64,000 nucleotides of DNA from contig NC_092348.1 in NCBI RefSeq assembly GCF_963676685.1, positions 92,876,001 to 92,940,000 of the forward strand. Reading direction: 5' to 3'. Below are positions 11,813 through 26,600 of the stretch, in pieces (position 1 is the first letter of the stretch; each line of letters opens with the position of its first letter). A program made the translations under genes and the position numbers. The notes beneath the pieces are model-generated. The model searched no databases. It had not been told where the DNA came from and saw nothing but the letters and a program-made list of their open reading frames with translations. The stretch is from Mytilus edulis. Taxonomy: Eukaryota.

Positions 11813-12879
11813 GAATTGAACACCGTGCTTTTTAGAAAATATTGGTATTCACAAAGAACTAGATTTTGTCGATGTAATTTTTCAAAGATAATTATGCCAG
11901 TCTGTCTTAATAAAGAAACCAAATATGAGATCTAACTCTAGTTATGTCAGAGATTCTTTCCTTTCAAAAACGCTTTGTGTATGACTGCAAGTTAGTATAT
12001 GTAGATTGCTGTTCAAACATTAATCTTGATTTGTTTTTCGCATACTATACCCCTTTGAGGTATTTGGCAAAGTATTTCGAAATTCCGAATTCTTAATTGA
12101 AATTTTTCCAAGTTATCTAAATAAAACTGAATATAATGTTAAAGAAGGATGACAATGACACAAAACAGCTCACATTTACCCGGATACAAACTGCCTGCAG
12201 TTTTGTCTGCATTATACTAACGATTGTGGTGATCTATAGGTGTTAACACCTATATATAAATTGGTCTCTAGACGATAGTTGTCTTATTGGCAGTCAAGCC
12301 ACATCCTTTAACGTTTATGTAGCTTCACACTTTAAATTTGATTGACATCAAAGTACCATTGATTAAATGTTATGTATCAAAAGAGGGGCGAAAGATACCA
12401 GATGAACAGTCAAACTCATAATAACTAATATTTTGCCTTGTCGGTAGTGACAAACAGTAGAAAAAGACAATATTTCGCATGTTTTGATCTGTCGATGCAT
12501 ATATATTCACCAGGAACACATATTATTGGTGTATATAAAAAAGAAGATGTGGTATGATTGCCATTAAGATAACTTTTCACAAGAGACTAAATGACACGGA
12601 AATTAACAACTATACATAGTCCATAGGACAATTTAACTTGATTAAACAGAAATTTATCTGACAACAACACAAAGATATCATATTGATTTTCAGAAAGTTT
12701 TCCAGATGATATTTGCATTCTTAATCTGTTCAAATGATTCCTTTTTTAAAGTACTCCTTTCAACATTATTTCAGAAAGATAAGTTTTAATTGAATCATCA
12801 ATTTTCTATTTTCAATCATGAGTTGAACAAGTCCAAGTTGACATACAGCCGGAAATTGACCACAAGGATTTGTTGTGTA

Positions 12880-13430
12880 TAAAACTTTACCATAATTGAT
12901 TTCAGCTTCCAAATTGTGAACTTTCCATGTTCTTGCAGAAACATTCCGACAGTGCCTGCATATGGACTATACACCCCCAGTTGAAACGATATTTCATAGA
13001 GCTTGCATTATCCATCAAGATTTCTATGATAATTGAATGCTTGCTTACAATGAAGCTATTTAAAACAAGGATTCCAAAACGTGAAGTTGATCAGGTCATC
13101 CTTTCAAATGTTTTTACAGACATCTTCACAAGTTGGTTTACATTTATGAAATATCTGTTTCATAAGTAACGAAGGGTATGTTTTAACTTTTGTTACCACA
13201 ATCCATCTTCTATTCCTCACGGCATCACTTAATTTTTAATTACATGAGCAACACCATGGGGGCAACAAGTGGAGCATGTTTTCCTTACCCTGCAGGAGCA
13301 CATGAGATCACCCCCCGGATCTAGCTGTGGTACATTTTGCTTAGTTTTTAGTTTTCTATTTTGTGTTCTGTCAACTGTTGGTGGTCTTTTTTTCCTTTCC
13401 TTTCCATGGCATTTTCATTCTGTCTTATAT
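12880..13430 (+). mobile_element. Highly decayed Penelope-like RT C-terminal fragment and tail
   Basis: Translates to DFSFQIVNFP...NIPTVPAYGLY...QLKRYF, homologous to 9585-9680, and is followed by the same tail repeat (CCTTACCCTGCAGGAGCACATGAGATCACCCCC). Confidence 0.6.
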
Positions 13431-16286
13431 GAAGAAAATTAAAACCACAGAAAAACTGAACATCCAAGGGAAATTCAAAACTGAAATTCCCTAATCAAAT
13501 GGCAACATCAAAAGCTAAAACACATCAATACAAAAATTCCCCAAGGCACAATAACCCAATGACAGGATGTACAAGTAAAGAGCCATGTCATATGTAACAA
13601 AGAAACACAAAAAAGGCATATAGACAAAGCACATTAGCATTAATGAAAGACAAGAATACAAAAGTTATCATAGGACAATGACGGCATGTTTAAGTAGAGA
13701 GTGACGTCAAATGGATATCACCAAAAGCAGTCTAAACAGTAAAAGTCATATTCATAAAGACATTTAAAGGAACACTATTACACCTTATTAAGATGATAAA
13801 CAATGTCAGTACCCAGAATCTATACTTCAAGACCAACGTGTATCATTTGTAAAGTTGATACAGAATATTTATCAACAAGTTCTCAGTACTTTCCTTTTGA
13901 ACTTTTTTTTTATATGAGTTTGATATCTTCCACATCTCTTGTATGCAAAATAAAGGCAACAGTAGTATATGGCTGTTTAAAAGCCAATTAATCGATTGAG
14001 AGAAAACAAATCCAGGATACAAACTAAAACCTATAGCTGGCTGTTCAGTTTGAGCCAAGGCTCCGCGTTGAAGGCAGTACCTTGACCTATAATGGTTTAC
14101 TTTTATAAATTGTTACTTGGATGGAGAGTTGTCTGCCTCATTGGCACTCATACCACATCTTCCTATATCTATCAACTATAAGAGGGAAACAACAGAATAA
14201 CAGAAAAACTGAAATAAATTTAAATTAAGATTTTGGTTGCTATATTCTGTAAAGTGAATATTTCTTACTTAATTAAGACAAATACAGAATATTTTTAAAT
14301 GCATATGTGAATCATCATGAATACTGCTAATAAGTTATAGCATTCTTAAAACAGAGTCAGAGCTAACTGGCTATCTTTCCATTTAACCTGCTACCATTCT
14401 GAAGTTATATTCTTGTACAAGAACCTTTTTTTAATGAGGTAGAAACTTAAATCTTGTTAGTTTTTTTTTAATTTATATACATTTTGTTAACAAATTATAA
14501 ATCTTAGCTATCTGTAACAGAATATAAATACAAAATCAAGTATTTGTTTATAGCCCAATATTAATATTTGGAATAAATAAACAAAAACAAAAGATCTAAA
14601 TTCTCTTTCTATTCTATTGGTATATATTTGTCCTGTTTGTCAAAAGTCAAGATCATACATTACATTTAGTTGCGTTTTTTTTTTAAACAAACGGAAAAAA
14701 TTGTATTTCCTAGCTCCTGAGATTTCCTACCTTTTTAACCACAATGTTTTATGTGCAGTAATTACAAAACAAGAAATTTTCCTCCATCCAATCATTAAAA
14801 ATACAGCTTTACTTTCAGGCAGTATAACAATGATTGATAAAATAATTAGCTGATATTTAAGGAATGACTGTAATATTTTGATCTGTCTATGAAAAAATAA
14901 CATAAAAAATGTTATTCACACTGAATAACCTGTATATATAAAAGAATGCATCACATTTTTCAGGTTACTTTGGTAAAAAAAAAAGAGGATAACAACATAT
15001 TATTTTACATTGTCCTGTTTTTAATAATCTTAGTCAAATTTTTTTTCTCTCTAAAATTTTATGAAATATCAAATAAGAAAATGATATTTTAATTCATTAT
15101 TCAAGACATTATTTGATTTTTTGCCAAAACCTGTAATTTGATTCTTTAAAGACCAAGAGGGGTTTTATAATGTAAATAATATCACAATTTTGCTGTATAT
15201 TTTTATCATTCTTTTTTTTTAAATTAATCCTACACCTGAACTTAGTTATTATGGTTATCTTAAATGGCATCATAAATTTCAATATGCTGGAGATTTATAA
15301 AAATATTTTTTTTAGTATGCATGTGTACAGTGTTTAAAAATAAAGTGTTCAAATTAAGGGGCAGGTGTAATTATCTGTAATAGCAAAAATACATGAGCTT
15401 TAATAGCAAGACAAAACAATTTTTAATAATTATAATTATTTAATTTTAAGCCCGAAAAAAGAGGTGGGGGGGGGGGGGGGGTGGGGGGGGGGGGCACATT
15501 TTGTCGATTTGTAAAATAAATTATTAAGAAAATGGAAGAATAACAAAAATCAAAAGCTCAAACAAATCAAACAAATGGAAATCAACCCTCATATTCCTAT
15601 TAAACTAGTTACATAATCTAAAGCAAATAAATTCATTTCAATATTTCAGTTTTAATATATTTTCATTGGATAAGATTTAATTGTAGCAATTGCTAGGATG
15701 GAATACACTGTGTGAGACATGATATAGGAAGCAAATGACTAGGAAAATACCACATCTAAAAATAACATGTGATTTGTAATATATCTGTAGCAGCTGGACT
15801 TGCTTTAAGCTTGTTTGAATTATGATTCAATTTTTTCTAAAGTAATTGTTAAAATTTTTAAAATCAGATATGTCCATTTAGTCAAGAAATGGTTTTGAAA
15901 GAACTTATTCACAATGCTCTTTCATAATGCTCTTAAACTTAGTAATTTATTTGCCCAAATGGAAAATATGATCAGTTGCCACTCAACCCATATGTTAGTA
16001 CTGTTATCTTGAAATATATTTGGTGGAAAAAGGATGTTAGCTCCCCTTTCGGCCAGGTGAGCTAAAAATTAAAACACAAAAGAAACAGTTACACACATTA
16101 CAATGTTATATGTAAAAAAATCAACATAATTAATACTGATAAAAAAATCATGATTGGTAATTACAGATCTCTACAATGATTCTCTTTATAAAAATGTTTA
16201 TACAAGTTATCAACATAAACAAAACATACTAGCAGTGTTAATTGTACAGTGATTATACATACAAATTTTTCCAAATAACAAAGTTT

Positions 16287-17254
16287 AACAAGAGGCTGTC
16301 ACAACGACAGCAAACCGGATTTATTAACATTTATTTGTGTCCTGGCTATATCACAAGAACCATTACTGATGAATGGTGAAAGTGAAAATCGTCAATATCA
16401 AATTTGACCTCCATTTTGTCATCAGTATCAACATATTAAAATTTGAAAAGCTTAGATTGAATGGTTCATGAGTAAATGCAACAACCTGAATGGAAACGCC
16501 ATTTTACGATCTTTCAAGAACCATAACTCCTGAACGGTAAAAGTCAAAATCGTCATTATTGAACTTGACCTCTATTTTGTCATCAGTAACAACATATTAA
16601 AATTTCAAAAGCTTTGGTTGAATGGTTCATGAGAAAATGCACGGACACGACGGGAAAAACCATTTTTCAATCGTTCAAGAACCATAACTCCTGAACGGTA
16701 AAAGTCAAAATCGTCATTTTTGAACTTGACCTTCATTTTGTCATCAGTAACAGCATATTAAAATTTCGGAAGCTTTGGTAGAACAGTTCATGCATAAATG
16801 CACGGACACGACTGGAAAATCCATTTTTCAATCTTTCAAGAACCATAACTCCTGAACGGTAAAAGTCAAATTCGTCATTATTGAACTTGACCTCCATTCT
16901 TTCATTAGTAACAACATATTAAAATTTGGTAAGCTTTGGTAGAACAGTTCATGCGTAAATGCACGGACAACTCCATTTTCCAATCTTTCAAGAACCATAA
17001 CTCCTGAACAGTAAAAGTCAAAATCGCCATTATTGAACTTGACCTTCGTATAGTTGTCAGTAATAACATATTAAAATTTTAAAAGCTTTGGTTGAACGGT
17101 TCATGAGTTAATGCACGGACAACATTTGATTGCCGCCCGCCCGCCCGCCCGCCCGCCCGCCCGCCCGACCGCCCGCCCGCCCGCCCGACCGCCCGCCCGC
17201 CGTACATCCCCAAATCAATAACCGACATTTTTGTCACAAAAATCCGGTTAAAAA
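16287..17254 (-). mobile_element. Helentron/HINE (pearl-like) non-autonomous element with an internal satellite
   Basis: Terminal short hairpin GCTGTCACAACGACAGC (16295-16311); subterminal inverted repeat AACCGGATTT (about 16313) and AAATCCGGTT (about 17240); about 5 tandem units of 152-161 bp (CAAGAACCATAACTCCTG at 16515, 16676, 16837, 16989); (CGCC)n microsatellite at 17132-17202. Confidence 0.75.
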
Positions 17255-17612
17255 TTCGAAATAGATTTCCTTAGTTGGTTTGTTTTGTCATTAAAGAAAT
17301 ATAGAAGCTAGAAAAAGAATAATAGTTCAATCTAATCATCCTGTGGATTACTGGAATTCACTTTATAAATAGCACAATAGTTAAGAGAACATTTTTAAAG
17401 ATATCAGAGGAAACATATCCCCATTGCTGGCATTAACAGCTGATACTAGACAATTTAGCCAGGTGAGCTTAATGTATAGAGTTAACACTGGACTCAATTT
17501 ACAAATTAAAAATCTTCATTACAATATATTATTGAAAGACATAAAGGTAACAAATATCAATATTGTTCCAAGAGATCACAGACTCTGTAAACTACTACAT
17601 GTTCCTATGTTA

Positions 17613-20600
17613 TCACTGTCGTATACGGAGGATGAATCCAGCAATGGCCAATAGTCCACAACTCCATCCAAAAGTTACTAGATAACCTCTCCATACTTCC
17701 ATGAATGTTATATCCCAGCCTGTAATAACAAAGCATTTATGTAACAACAGGTTTCTCTTTACTGAGAGCAAATACTTGATTCATTCCTGTTTATAGTTAG
17801 AAACATAAGAATTCCCATAGAAAAAGATAACTTCTATGTGTCCCACTAGGAAAATAATTGCAGGTAGTGGTCATCCATTGGTAACTGCACCGTAATGGAC
17901 TAATGGTTTATTATTGCATGTTTTAGTTTTATGACTGATGGTCTAGATAGATAGTGTTTGTGAAATACTTATTTAACCCCACAACATGTTGTGCCTTTAC
18001 CAAGGCAGGCTTTATTGATCAAATTTTCTTTGTTGTTATATAGTTTTTTTTATCTGGAGGAGTTTAGTGTTGACGTACTATTCAGTTTTTTCCTGATTCT
18101 GTTTTCATCATATGTGAAAAAGATTTTCTCTAATTCTTACATGATTTATCCTTTTCTCGACATGTTGATTATTTTTATTTAATCAACAACATGTGGTTTG
18201 TTTGATCTCAGTTCTTCATTGGTCAAAATTCAATTATGATGTTGAATTTTCTTGCTTTCCTCTGAATTTCCTATTGTGACAACATGCAAAAAGCGACCAT
18301 GCCTCATGATGTCACATAGAAAGAACATCTTTTTGCAGATCATTTTAAAGAAGGAATATTTTGCCTGCATACATATTTAAAAATTATAAGAGAAACAGAC
18401 TCTACCACCAGATCTCTTGTAATACAATATTTATCACTATTTTGCTCGCCAAAGCAAAAACCAGAAGCAAAAGCTGCACCAGTAATTTAAATATTGAAAG
18501 TTTTCATCTAAAATAGAATCCAAACTAAGCTTAATAATTTGCACTATTGACATGTATGACCCTTAGCCCTTAATAGCTTAGAAACAACATACCTCTACTG
18601 AGAATGGACCTCATTGCCTGAGATCCATAGGTCATAGGTAAACACATAGATATGTATCTCATCCATTCTGGTATAGCTTCTAATGGCCATATTATACCTA
18701 CAAATAGCAATACATTAAAATATAAAATTTACAAAGAATACAAGAAATTCATGTGTGGATTGATATTAAACGTCAAGTGCCAATTTTACAAGTGAAAGGA
18801 CATCCTAGTACTCAGTCAAGAAAGTGCAACCAAAAGAAGTAAAATCAAATATATTTGGTTGGAAAGATAACTGTTTTAGAATTTATCTTGTAAAGAAAAC
18901 ATAAAATAGCTAATTTTCCCCCCATATTGTACCCATTGAAGCTTGATTTTACTTCTTTATGTTGCTCTTAACCAGGATGTCCTACCACAAAAAGGGTAAC
19001 CTGTTGAAAAAATATATATTCCAGTGTCAAAAGTCGGTATTATGAAAATGGTCTATTGCTGATTACACATAACAGGAAGATTTTTCAAATGTGCAAAAAA
19101 AAAACCCAACATTTTCAATACAAATAACATTATATATGTCTTAAATTAATAGAAAGTCTTCAAAATGCACTCACCACTTAATAGTTACAACATTGGATAA
19201 ACAGAACCTTAAGCCAACTCAATGTTGAAGGCTATACAGTGACCTAAAGTTGCTAATGTATGTGTCATTTGTGTCTTGTGAAGAGTTGTCTCATTGGCAA
19301 TCATTCCACATCTTCTTTTTTATATGTATGGCTGATGTTTCAATAAACTCACCACTTAGTAACAACATTGGATAAACAGAACCTAAAGCTAACTGTATAG
19401 CTGATGTTTCATTGTCACATACTGCTGAAAATATGGCACCTAAAAAAAATAACAATAAATAAGATAAATATATATATTACAAGTAGAACTTAGGTTTACT
19501 AGAGAGATCAAATTAGGAAAAAAATCTCACAAAAACCAGTCGACCATAAATAATCTTATGATCTCTTATGGGCACAGAATTATAAGTGGATGAAAATTTA
19601 CAAAAGGTGTAAAATGTTTTGAAGCCACCAATTAGTTATTTCCAACGGTTCAATTCAACCTATGCCAACATTTTGAAATTTAGGTATAAAATTGTGTGAA
19701 AAAGTGAATAATTTGTTACAGATTAAGTGTTATAAAAACATAAATTAATTAGGGGCTAATCAATCTACAACCAGTTTAAACCTAGCGTTGATGTTTACTT
19801 AATATACAATTTCTTTTACAAGTACTAGTGAAAATGTAGGTAACTGTGTGTGTTGAGGATCTCTATTTCATAAAGGAATAAGTTTTAAATTAGTATAATG
19901 AAATAATGGGGGGGAAAAGGATTTTATGAATTTTTATTTAAGGAACAATCATCTAGCCATATTGAATATCTATGAGTGTCATTTTCATGAATAATATAGA
20001 AATATATAATTTAATAACTATTTAATCTTATAAATATATGCCTGGAAATTCTCAAGCACCAATGGAAACAATAAACAGATCTATAAATCTAATCTTAAAT
20101 GATGATTATAGCTATACAGAATAAAATGAAATTACATATTTCAGTCTTATACAATCAGATAAAACATCAAGAAAAAAATTGCAGCTTTCAAAAAATATTT
20201 TAGTTTTTTTTATAAGGATTTTTTCTATACAATCATGAAATTAATTAGTTAAGAATCAAATACAATAAGTGTACATCTTGATCTCATTCTATGAAAGTAT
20301 ATATTCACTTTTTCGTTTTGACCAAAATTTATGCAAATACAAATATGCCTAAAAAAGCTAGGTAAAACAAGGCTTGAATAATTGAAATTTGCTAAATACC
20401 ATATCATTAAATAGTTAAAGCAAGGCCTGATCGATCCTAGTTTTAAAATGATGTGTGAGGTTATATTAAGCATCTATCATATTGCTAGTATTAAGATTCC
20501 AGTCTCAAACCAAGCAGTGTTCTCTTACTGAATAAGATTTGAAAACATCCACCAAAACACATCTATCTATCGATCATCTAAAAATATTAGAAAGGATTTA

Positions 20601-23600
20601 CATATGTTTCTAAAACAAGTTTATGTATCAAAATGGAATAAATGAGATTTCACCAGAACAATTTAGTAGACAATAAACATAGTACTTTCCAAATTGTGAA
20701 CACTTTATTTTCGATTTATGAGTTTGACTGTCTCTCTGGTATTTTTCATCCCTCTTTTATGTACAAATATGTTAGGCATAACATAAACTAACCTAACGTC
20801 ATTCCACAAAACCCTGTACCTAACACAAGTAGTATCACCCATATCAATGGTCCTTCGTATGGTACCTGTAAAAAAAATGTTCATTTTATCAATGTCTGTC
20901 CAATGAGATGCTATCGTTTAAACACTTGAAATGTGTCTCAATTGGTTTCTAGTCCAATGTATACTCTTTTTAATTGATATACACAATATTTGAAAAAATG
21001 GTGAAACAATCACCTCCCTTTAGTGCAAAAAACACCCTTGGAACTACTCATTTTTTTTAAACTAACCTGTTTTTGTCATATGCACTGTTGTTTTGCTCAT
21101 AGCGCAAGAATAAATGTCTTTTCAAAACATTGAGAATAAGCATATATCAAAATCACCTAAATTGTGTCGGCTTCATAGATGAACTATTGAATTCAATTTT
21201 CAACAGTAGCATGAATAACCTACAAATTTTCTTCCAAGTATAAAATTTTCACCCGGTATAAAATAATCACTAGACTTTATAAAATATTGAAGTGGTAATT
21301 GTTTTTAGATATTCAGCTATCTCCATAGTTCCTATACTCTTTTAAAACTTTTAAATTTTGAAATTGAGTTATTGAACTACGGAGATAAAATATTGTTTGT
21401 CTGTAGGGAAAGAGAAAACTTCACTTTACCTACCTTAAAAACAACAAGGGCAAATACCAGTAACAAACCAACTTGTACTACCATAACAATAAGCTGTGTA
21501 AATACATGGGCTAACATAATCTCAAATGCTGATACACCTAAAATTATAAGACATCTACTTATTTCATTTATTTTTTTTGAAACAATTAAATCATCTTTAT
21601 TGCACTAATTTCTACTTATTTTAAATACTTCCTCAAATACTGATTATGGCTAAGTTATCCAAGTCATATACATAAGTGACATTCATTAGATCTCTGGTGT
21701 GTGATAAAATCTGTCCTTTATACATTAAAAGTTTGACATTTAATATACTAAGGCATTACAATTTCCATCACATATCAAACTACAATAGAAACGTTTAATA
21801 GTACAGAAATAAATTTAACATTATCAAACAAACTAAACTGAAATAAAGCAGTATGGCAAACTAATGCCACTGCCTAAAAAGGGAAACAAATTTGAATGTC
21901 ATTCCTTGGTTTTCTTTACAAGGAAATATATACTAATTACCTTGACCTTTGGAACATGACCACACTTATTAAGCACACATACACACTTAATAAAGAATGA
22001 CATTGTAACTTACCTGCCACCATACATCTGTCAAGTAATCCTTCCTTTTTCTCTGTTACAAATACTAATGTAGTCAGACCCGTCGCCATAAAAAATGTAA
22101 TGCTGCAATAAATATGTTATATGTAGTAAATACTTTTGAAACACAATGTAATACCATACTATTCTATTAAAAAAAAATATAGATTGATTGATTGGTTGGT
22201 TTTTAACAGCACTTTCAACACTGTTGTGCTATTTTGTTTATGTTCAATTAATTCTAGTGTTGTCAACGGTTAACCGGTTAACCGGTTAACTGGTTAACCG
22301 GTCAAAGGACTGAATACCGAATACCAAAAACGCTAACCGGTTAACCGGACTTTTTTTTCAATTTTGATAGATTTTATATAAATTTGAATTGATATCATTA
22401 AAAAGTTAGGTTTTATTTTAAAAATGTCGTCGTGTTAATTTATTTGACAGATCAGTTGTCCAGTAAATTGATTGCTATTGTTAATCCTATAAACATAAAA
22501 TTAATTAGAACTTGTCTCTCAGCTCGGGGCAGAATCTTAAATAAACATAATTAGTATACATGTTTTTTAGTAGTAACTCTAAATCAGTGATGCGATTAAA
22601 TTTTACGATTTTCTTCATCATTTCGTTTCTGATCTAATATTGTGTAAACCTACATCTGAATGTGCAACCTCCGTCGTGCAAGGCTTAGTCTTACTTTATA
22701 CGAAATGCAAACTCAAACTTTTTGAAATTCAAACTAATGTGAATGTACTCAATGTATACGTGATAATACGAGTAACATGCAAAGTAAAGAAAAAGGCCGT
22801 ACGGTGACCTATCGTTGTTAACTTCTGTGTCATTTTGATCTCTTGTGGAGAATAGTCTCATTGGCAATCATACCACATCTTCTTTTTTATAATTAATCAC
22901 TCAAAATGAAACACTCCACATCATTTTTGGAGACAACAAGTGAAAAGGAGAGAATAATCAGTTTCAGACATATTCAATTCTACGAGATCAAGAAGTCTTT
23001 TTAATTTAATTTTCAATCTGAAGTTGGTACAAACGCTATAGTTGATACGGTGTAGTTGATTATTAAAAGTCAAACTTCGCCAGGAATCCTCACAGACAAG
23101 CCTGATAATGCCAGAGGACAAACTTCAATTCTAAAAGCGTAAATTTATGACTTGGATGAAATGTTGCCAAATTGACACTCATACCACATCTTATATCTGT
23201 GTAGGGTACTATTGATAAGGCTTGCAAGCACCAACTCAAACTACCGGTTAACCGGTTAATCGGTCAAACGATTATCTGAGTAACTGGTTAGGCAAAAGTG
23301 TACGATTTGACAACACTAATTAATTCACAATTTTATAGATGCAGGATAGTTAAGAGCTTGACATTTTTATTGACATTTTCTATTGTTTAAGACTGAATGT
23401 TGCCCTCTAGCTGTCTTATGTTCAATTTTGTTGTTGGGTTGCTGTCTTATTTCATTAATTCATTCTCACCATCTCCTGTTATTCACACATGCAACCAAAT
23501 TTATACATTTCACTGCAAAACAACAACATATTTTCTAAAATTATTTCTTGTAAACCTATATCTTATTACCTGAGTATAATTCCAGGAGCCATGAAATTAG

Positions 23601-26600
23601 TGAAGCTTGGGTCATTTGTACCAAACACTGGTTCTGCAAGCTACAAGCAAAACTTAAATGTATATTAGGATTTCTCTATCTATCAAGATGATTAGTCATC
23701 TTTGTTTTACTTTGAATACATATCAGGCATAATTTTCGCAGTAGTAACTTGTAACAATTTCAAAATACAAATCTATACTTTGGCTTTTTCATTGGAATTA
23801 TTTACATTTTTATATGTAAAGGTCTTTATAGCTTATTATGCAGTATAGGTTTTGCTCATTGTTGACTGTATTGTGATGTAAAGTTCCTTACATTTATACC
23901 ATTTGTTCTCCAGTGGATAGCTGGCTCATTGGCATTCATACAATTTATCTAATATCTGATAAAATCAATAAATCAGAATCTTGTTATAGTGATTTATTCT
24001 TTGATCATATAAACAATGTGTATGTATCCTATACTTACAACTATAGGTAACTGTCCAAGTGATGGGTTCATGTTAAACATTTTCAGTAGTATAGTAGTAA
24101 ACTTCTCATAGCTTAACATGACTGACTGCTGTATTGTTAATGCTATCTGTTGATCTAAGAAGAAAAAAAAACCATCTCTAAATTCATATAACACAGTTAT
24201 GCATGGATATGACAACATGCCACATGCACTATCACATTTCCATGTTCAGTGAATCATGAAAACGTGGTCAAAACCCTAGTAAAGGCAAAAGTTAGATAAA
24301 AAATCCAATCATTAGAAGCTTGTAAAATGTACTTTAAGTATAAACTTAATTTCTGTGTCATTTGGTCTCTTGTGGAGAGTGGTATCATTGTCAATAATAC
24401 CACATCTCGATCTTTTTTATATACACTGATAGTTGGACAGACCAAGACCAGAAAAATTTATGCATTCCTTTTTTAAATGTGTCTCGGAAGAAGAAAGGAA
24501 TATCTTGGTTACCTAATTTCAGTTTCTCTACATTATAGTCATTATTTGTTTGAACTTAAAGACACAAAGAAAAAAAAGAAAATTATACAAAGAAGTTTTA
24601 ATCCTGACTAAGCCAGCTTGAGTTTTAAATATATATATACTGATTGCTTGATATTTGTATGCCAGTTTGTGAGAGTAAATTGAATTTTTCAGATTTCTTA
24701 AATACAAATTCTGAATAAAGAGATTTGGAAATATATAAATGAGACAGCAAGCAAACAACACAGAGAAGCAAACGACTTTACTCACTTGTCATATCTAAAT
24801 GTAACTTGATTTCACTTCCTTCTATAGTTGTGTTTGATATATTTTTAGTATTTGTAAATCTACAAAGATAAAAAGTCTGGTTTAATTTTTTATTAATTCC
24901 ATCAGTTTACAAAAACTAATACATATCAATACATGAATCAAAAGGATAAAAATCACCAATAAGATTACAAACCATCAACAGAAAAGATTATCAAGAGGTC
25001 ATCATACGGTTTTCCAATAAATGATAAGTATGTCAAGATAAATAGTTTGTGACACCTTATAATAATGTTCTATAACTCTGATTTTTTTCGTTATAACTTA
25101 TTAAATACTAGAAACTCTCATGAGCCTGTGTAACTCACTTGTCTCTACTGTGGTTTGGGAAATCATGTAAAATTTATAATAATCATAATAAGATACCCCA
25201 TTAATGATTGAGACTGAGTTTAGATTAATTTGGTCCAGTAGTTAAATTAATGATGAGAAATGCTCACTTGGCCTAGGCCTCTGGAACATGAGAGCTAAAA
25301 AAAAGAAAAGAATGTAAACACAGCCATACTTTGGTAAAGCTTCTTGGTGGGCTTGTGGGTCCTGACCAACATAATTCTGGCAGGTCCACCAATTTTTTTA
25401 TTTTTTTTATAAGTAAAATTTTATATATTATATAATTGCTGTGTATATTGCCCTATCTTATTTAAACCTGTGGAAATAATTGATAAGCAAAATATTTTCA
25501 GAAAATACAGGACCCCTTAATTCTTTTTCCATAAAATCATGAATTTTATCCAGTTAAAGTGGCAAATTTGTCTGACAGTATGAGTTGCACTCTTGATAAC
25601 AACAAAAAATTCATAAATAAGCAATAATTTCTTATGTCAACAATTATTTTAGTTTTTAGTCTTATGTAAGCATTAATGGACCTTCTCTTTCTTAATATAT
25701 ATCTCTTATTTCCACATGTAAATCAATCAATCGGTAAATTTGTTGTCAACCTACCTTTGAAGTAAGTCCTGTGAGAAATTTTGACCAATACTGATTACTC
25801 CCCAACTCTTTCCTTCTCTCACTGACTCTAATGCTGACGGCAGATCTTTATAGGATACCTGCAATTTAATGCTCAGAATTTACTGCATATGCTCTAAATA
25901 TCTCTTATGCAGTTATGTGTGTACAAAATACTATATTTTATATTTAAGTTTCTTTTTGAAGTAAGTACAAATAAAATGGATATTTAGAGACGACTACTTT
26001 GCTGTGTTTCTGATAAAAAAGATCAAATAACATCACTTTTCAGTAACCAATATCACACAAGTTTTCTTAATAGATTGAATATGAGTGATTAACTAAGGAA
26101 AACATTCTCCATGATTCCATGTGACAGAAAAACCAATGAATTTTTATGCTGAGTTCAAAGTAATGCCTTGCCATTAAATAAGATAGGATTTCATAAATCA
26201 TAATTTTATAGAACATTTCATAATTTTTATTCGACAAGGTTTTACTCACATTGTGTATTGCAGAGGAATCTAAACAGTCTAAAAACATATCACTGAATCT
26301 TATGACTCCCGATTCAGCATTGACAACCGACATAGAAAGGTCATAAGGCTTTCTTCCAATACATATACAAAACAGGATAATCTGTATGGATGGCAAGATA
26401 AACTGGAACAACAGAAATCTATAATGTAGAAAGTTATAAAATGCAAGTAGGTTTCTTGGTTAGAGATCGAAATATTAACAAGATTCTGGATTTTACAAAA
26501 TATGCCACAGTGAAACATATACTAATGAAAATATTCATATAAATAATAAAAATACACCAGTCATATTGTGGCATTATAAAAATACACCAGTCATATTGTG

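Noticed and set aside
15463-15494. Poly-G run (also 54883-54900) as a G-quadruplex element
   Set aside because: It is a simple homopolymer, common in such genomes and of unreliable length; there is no other support.
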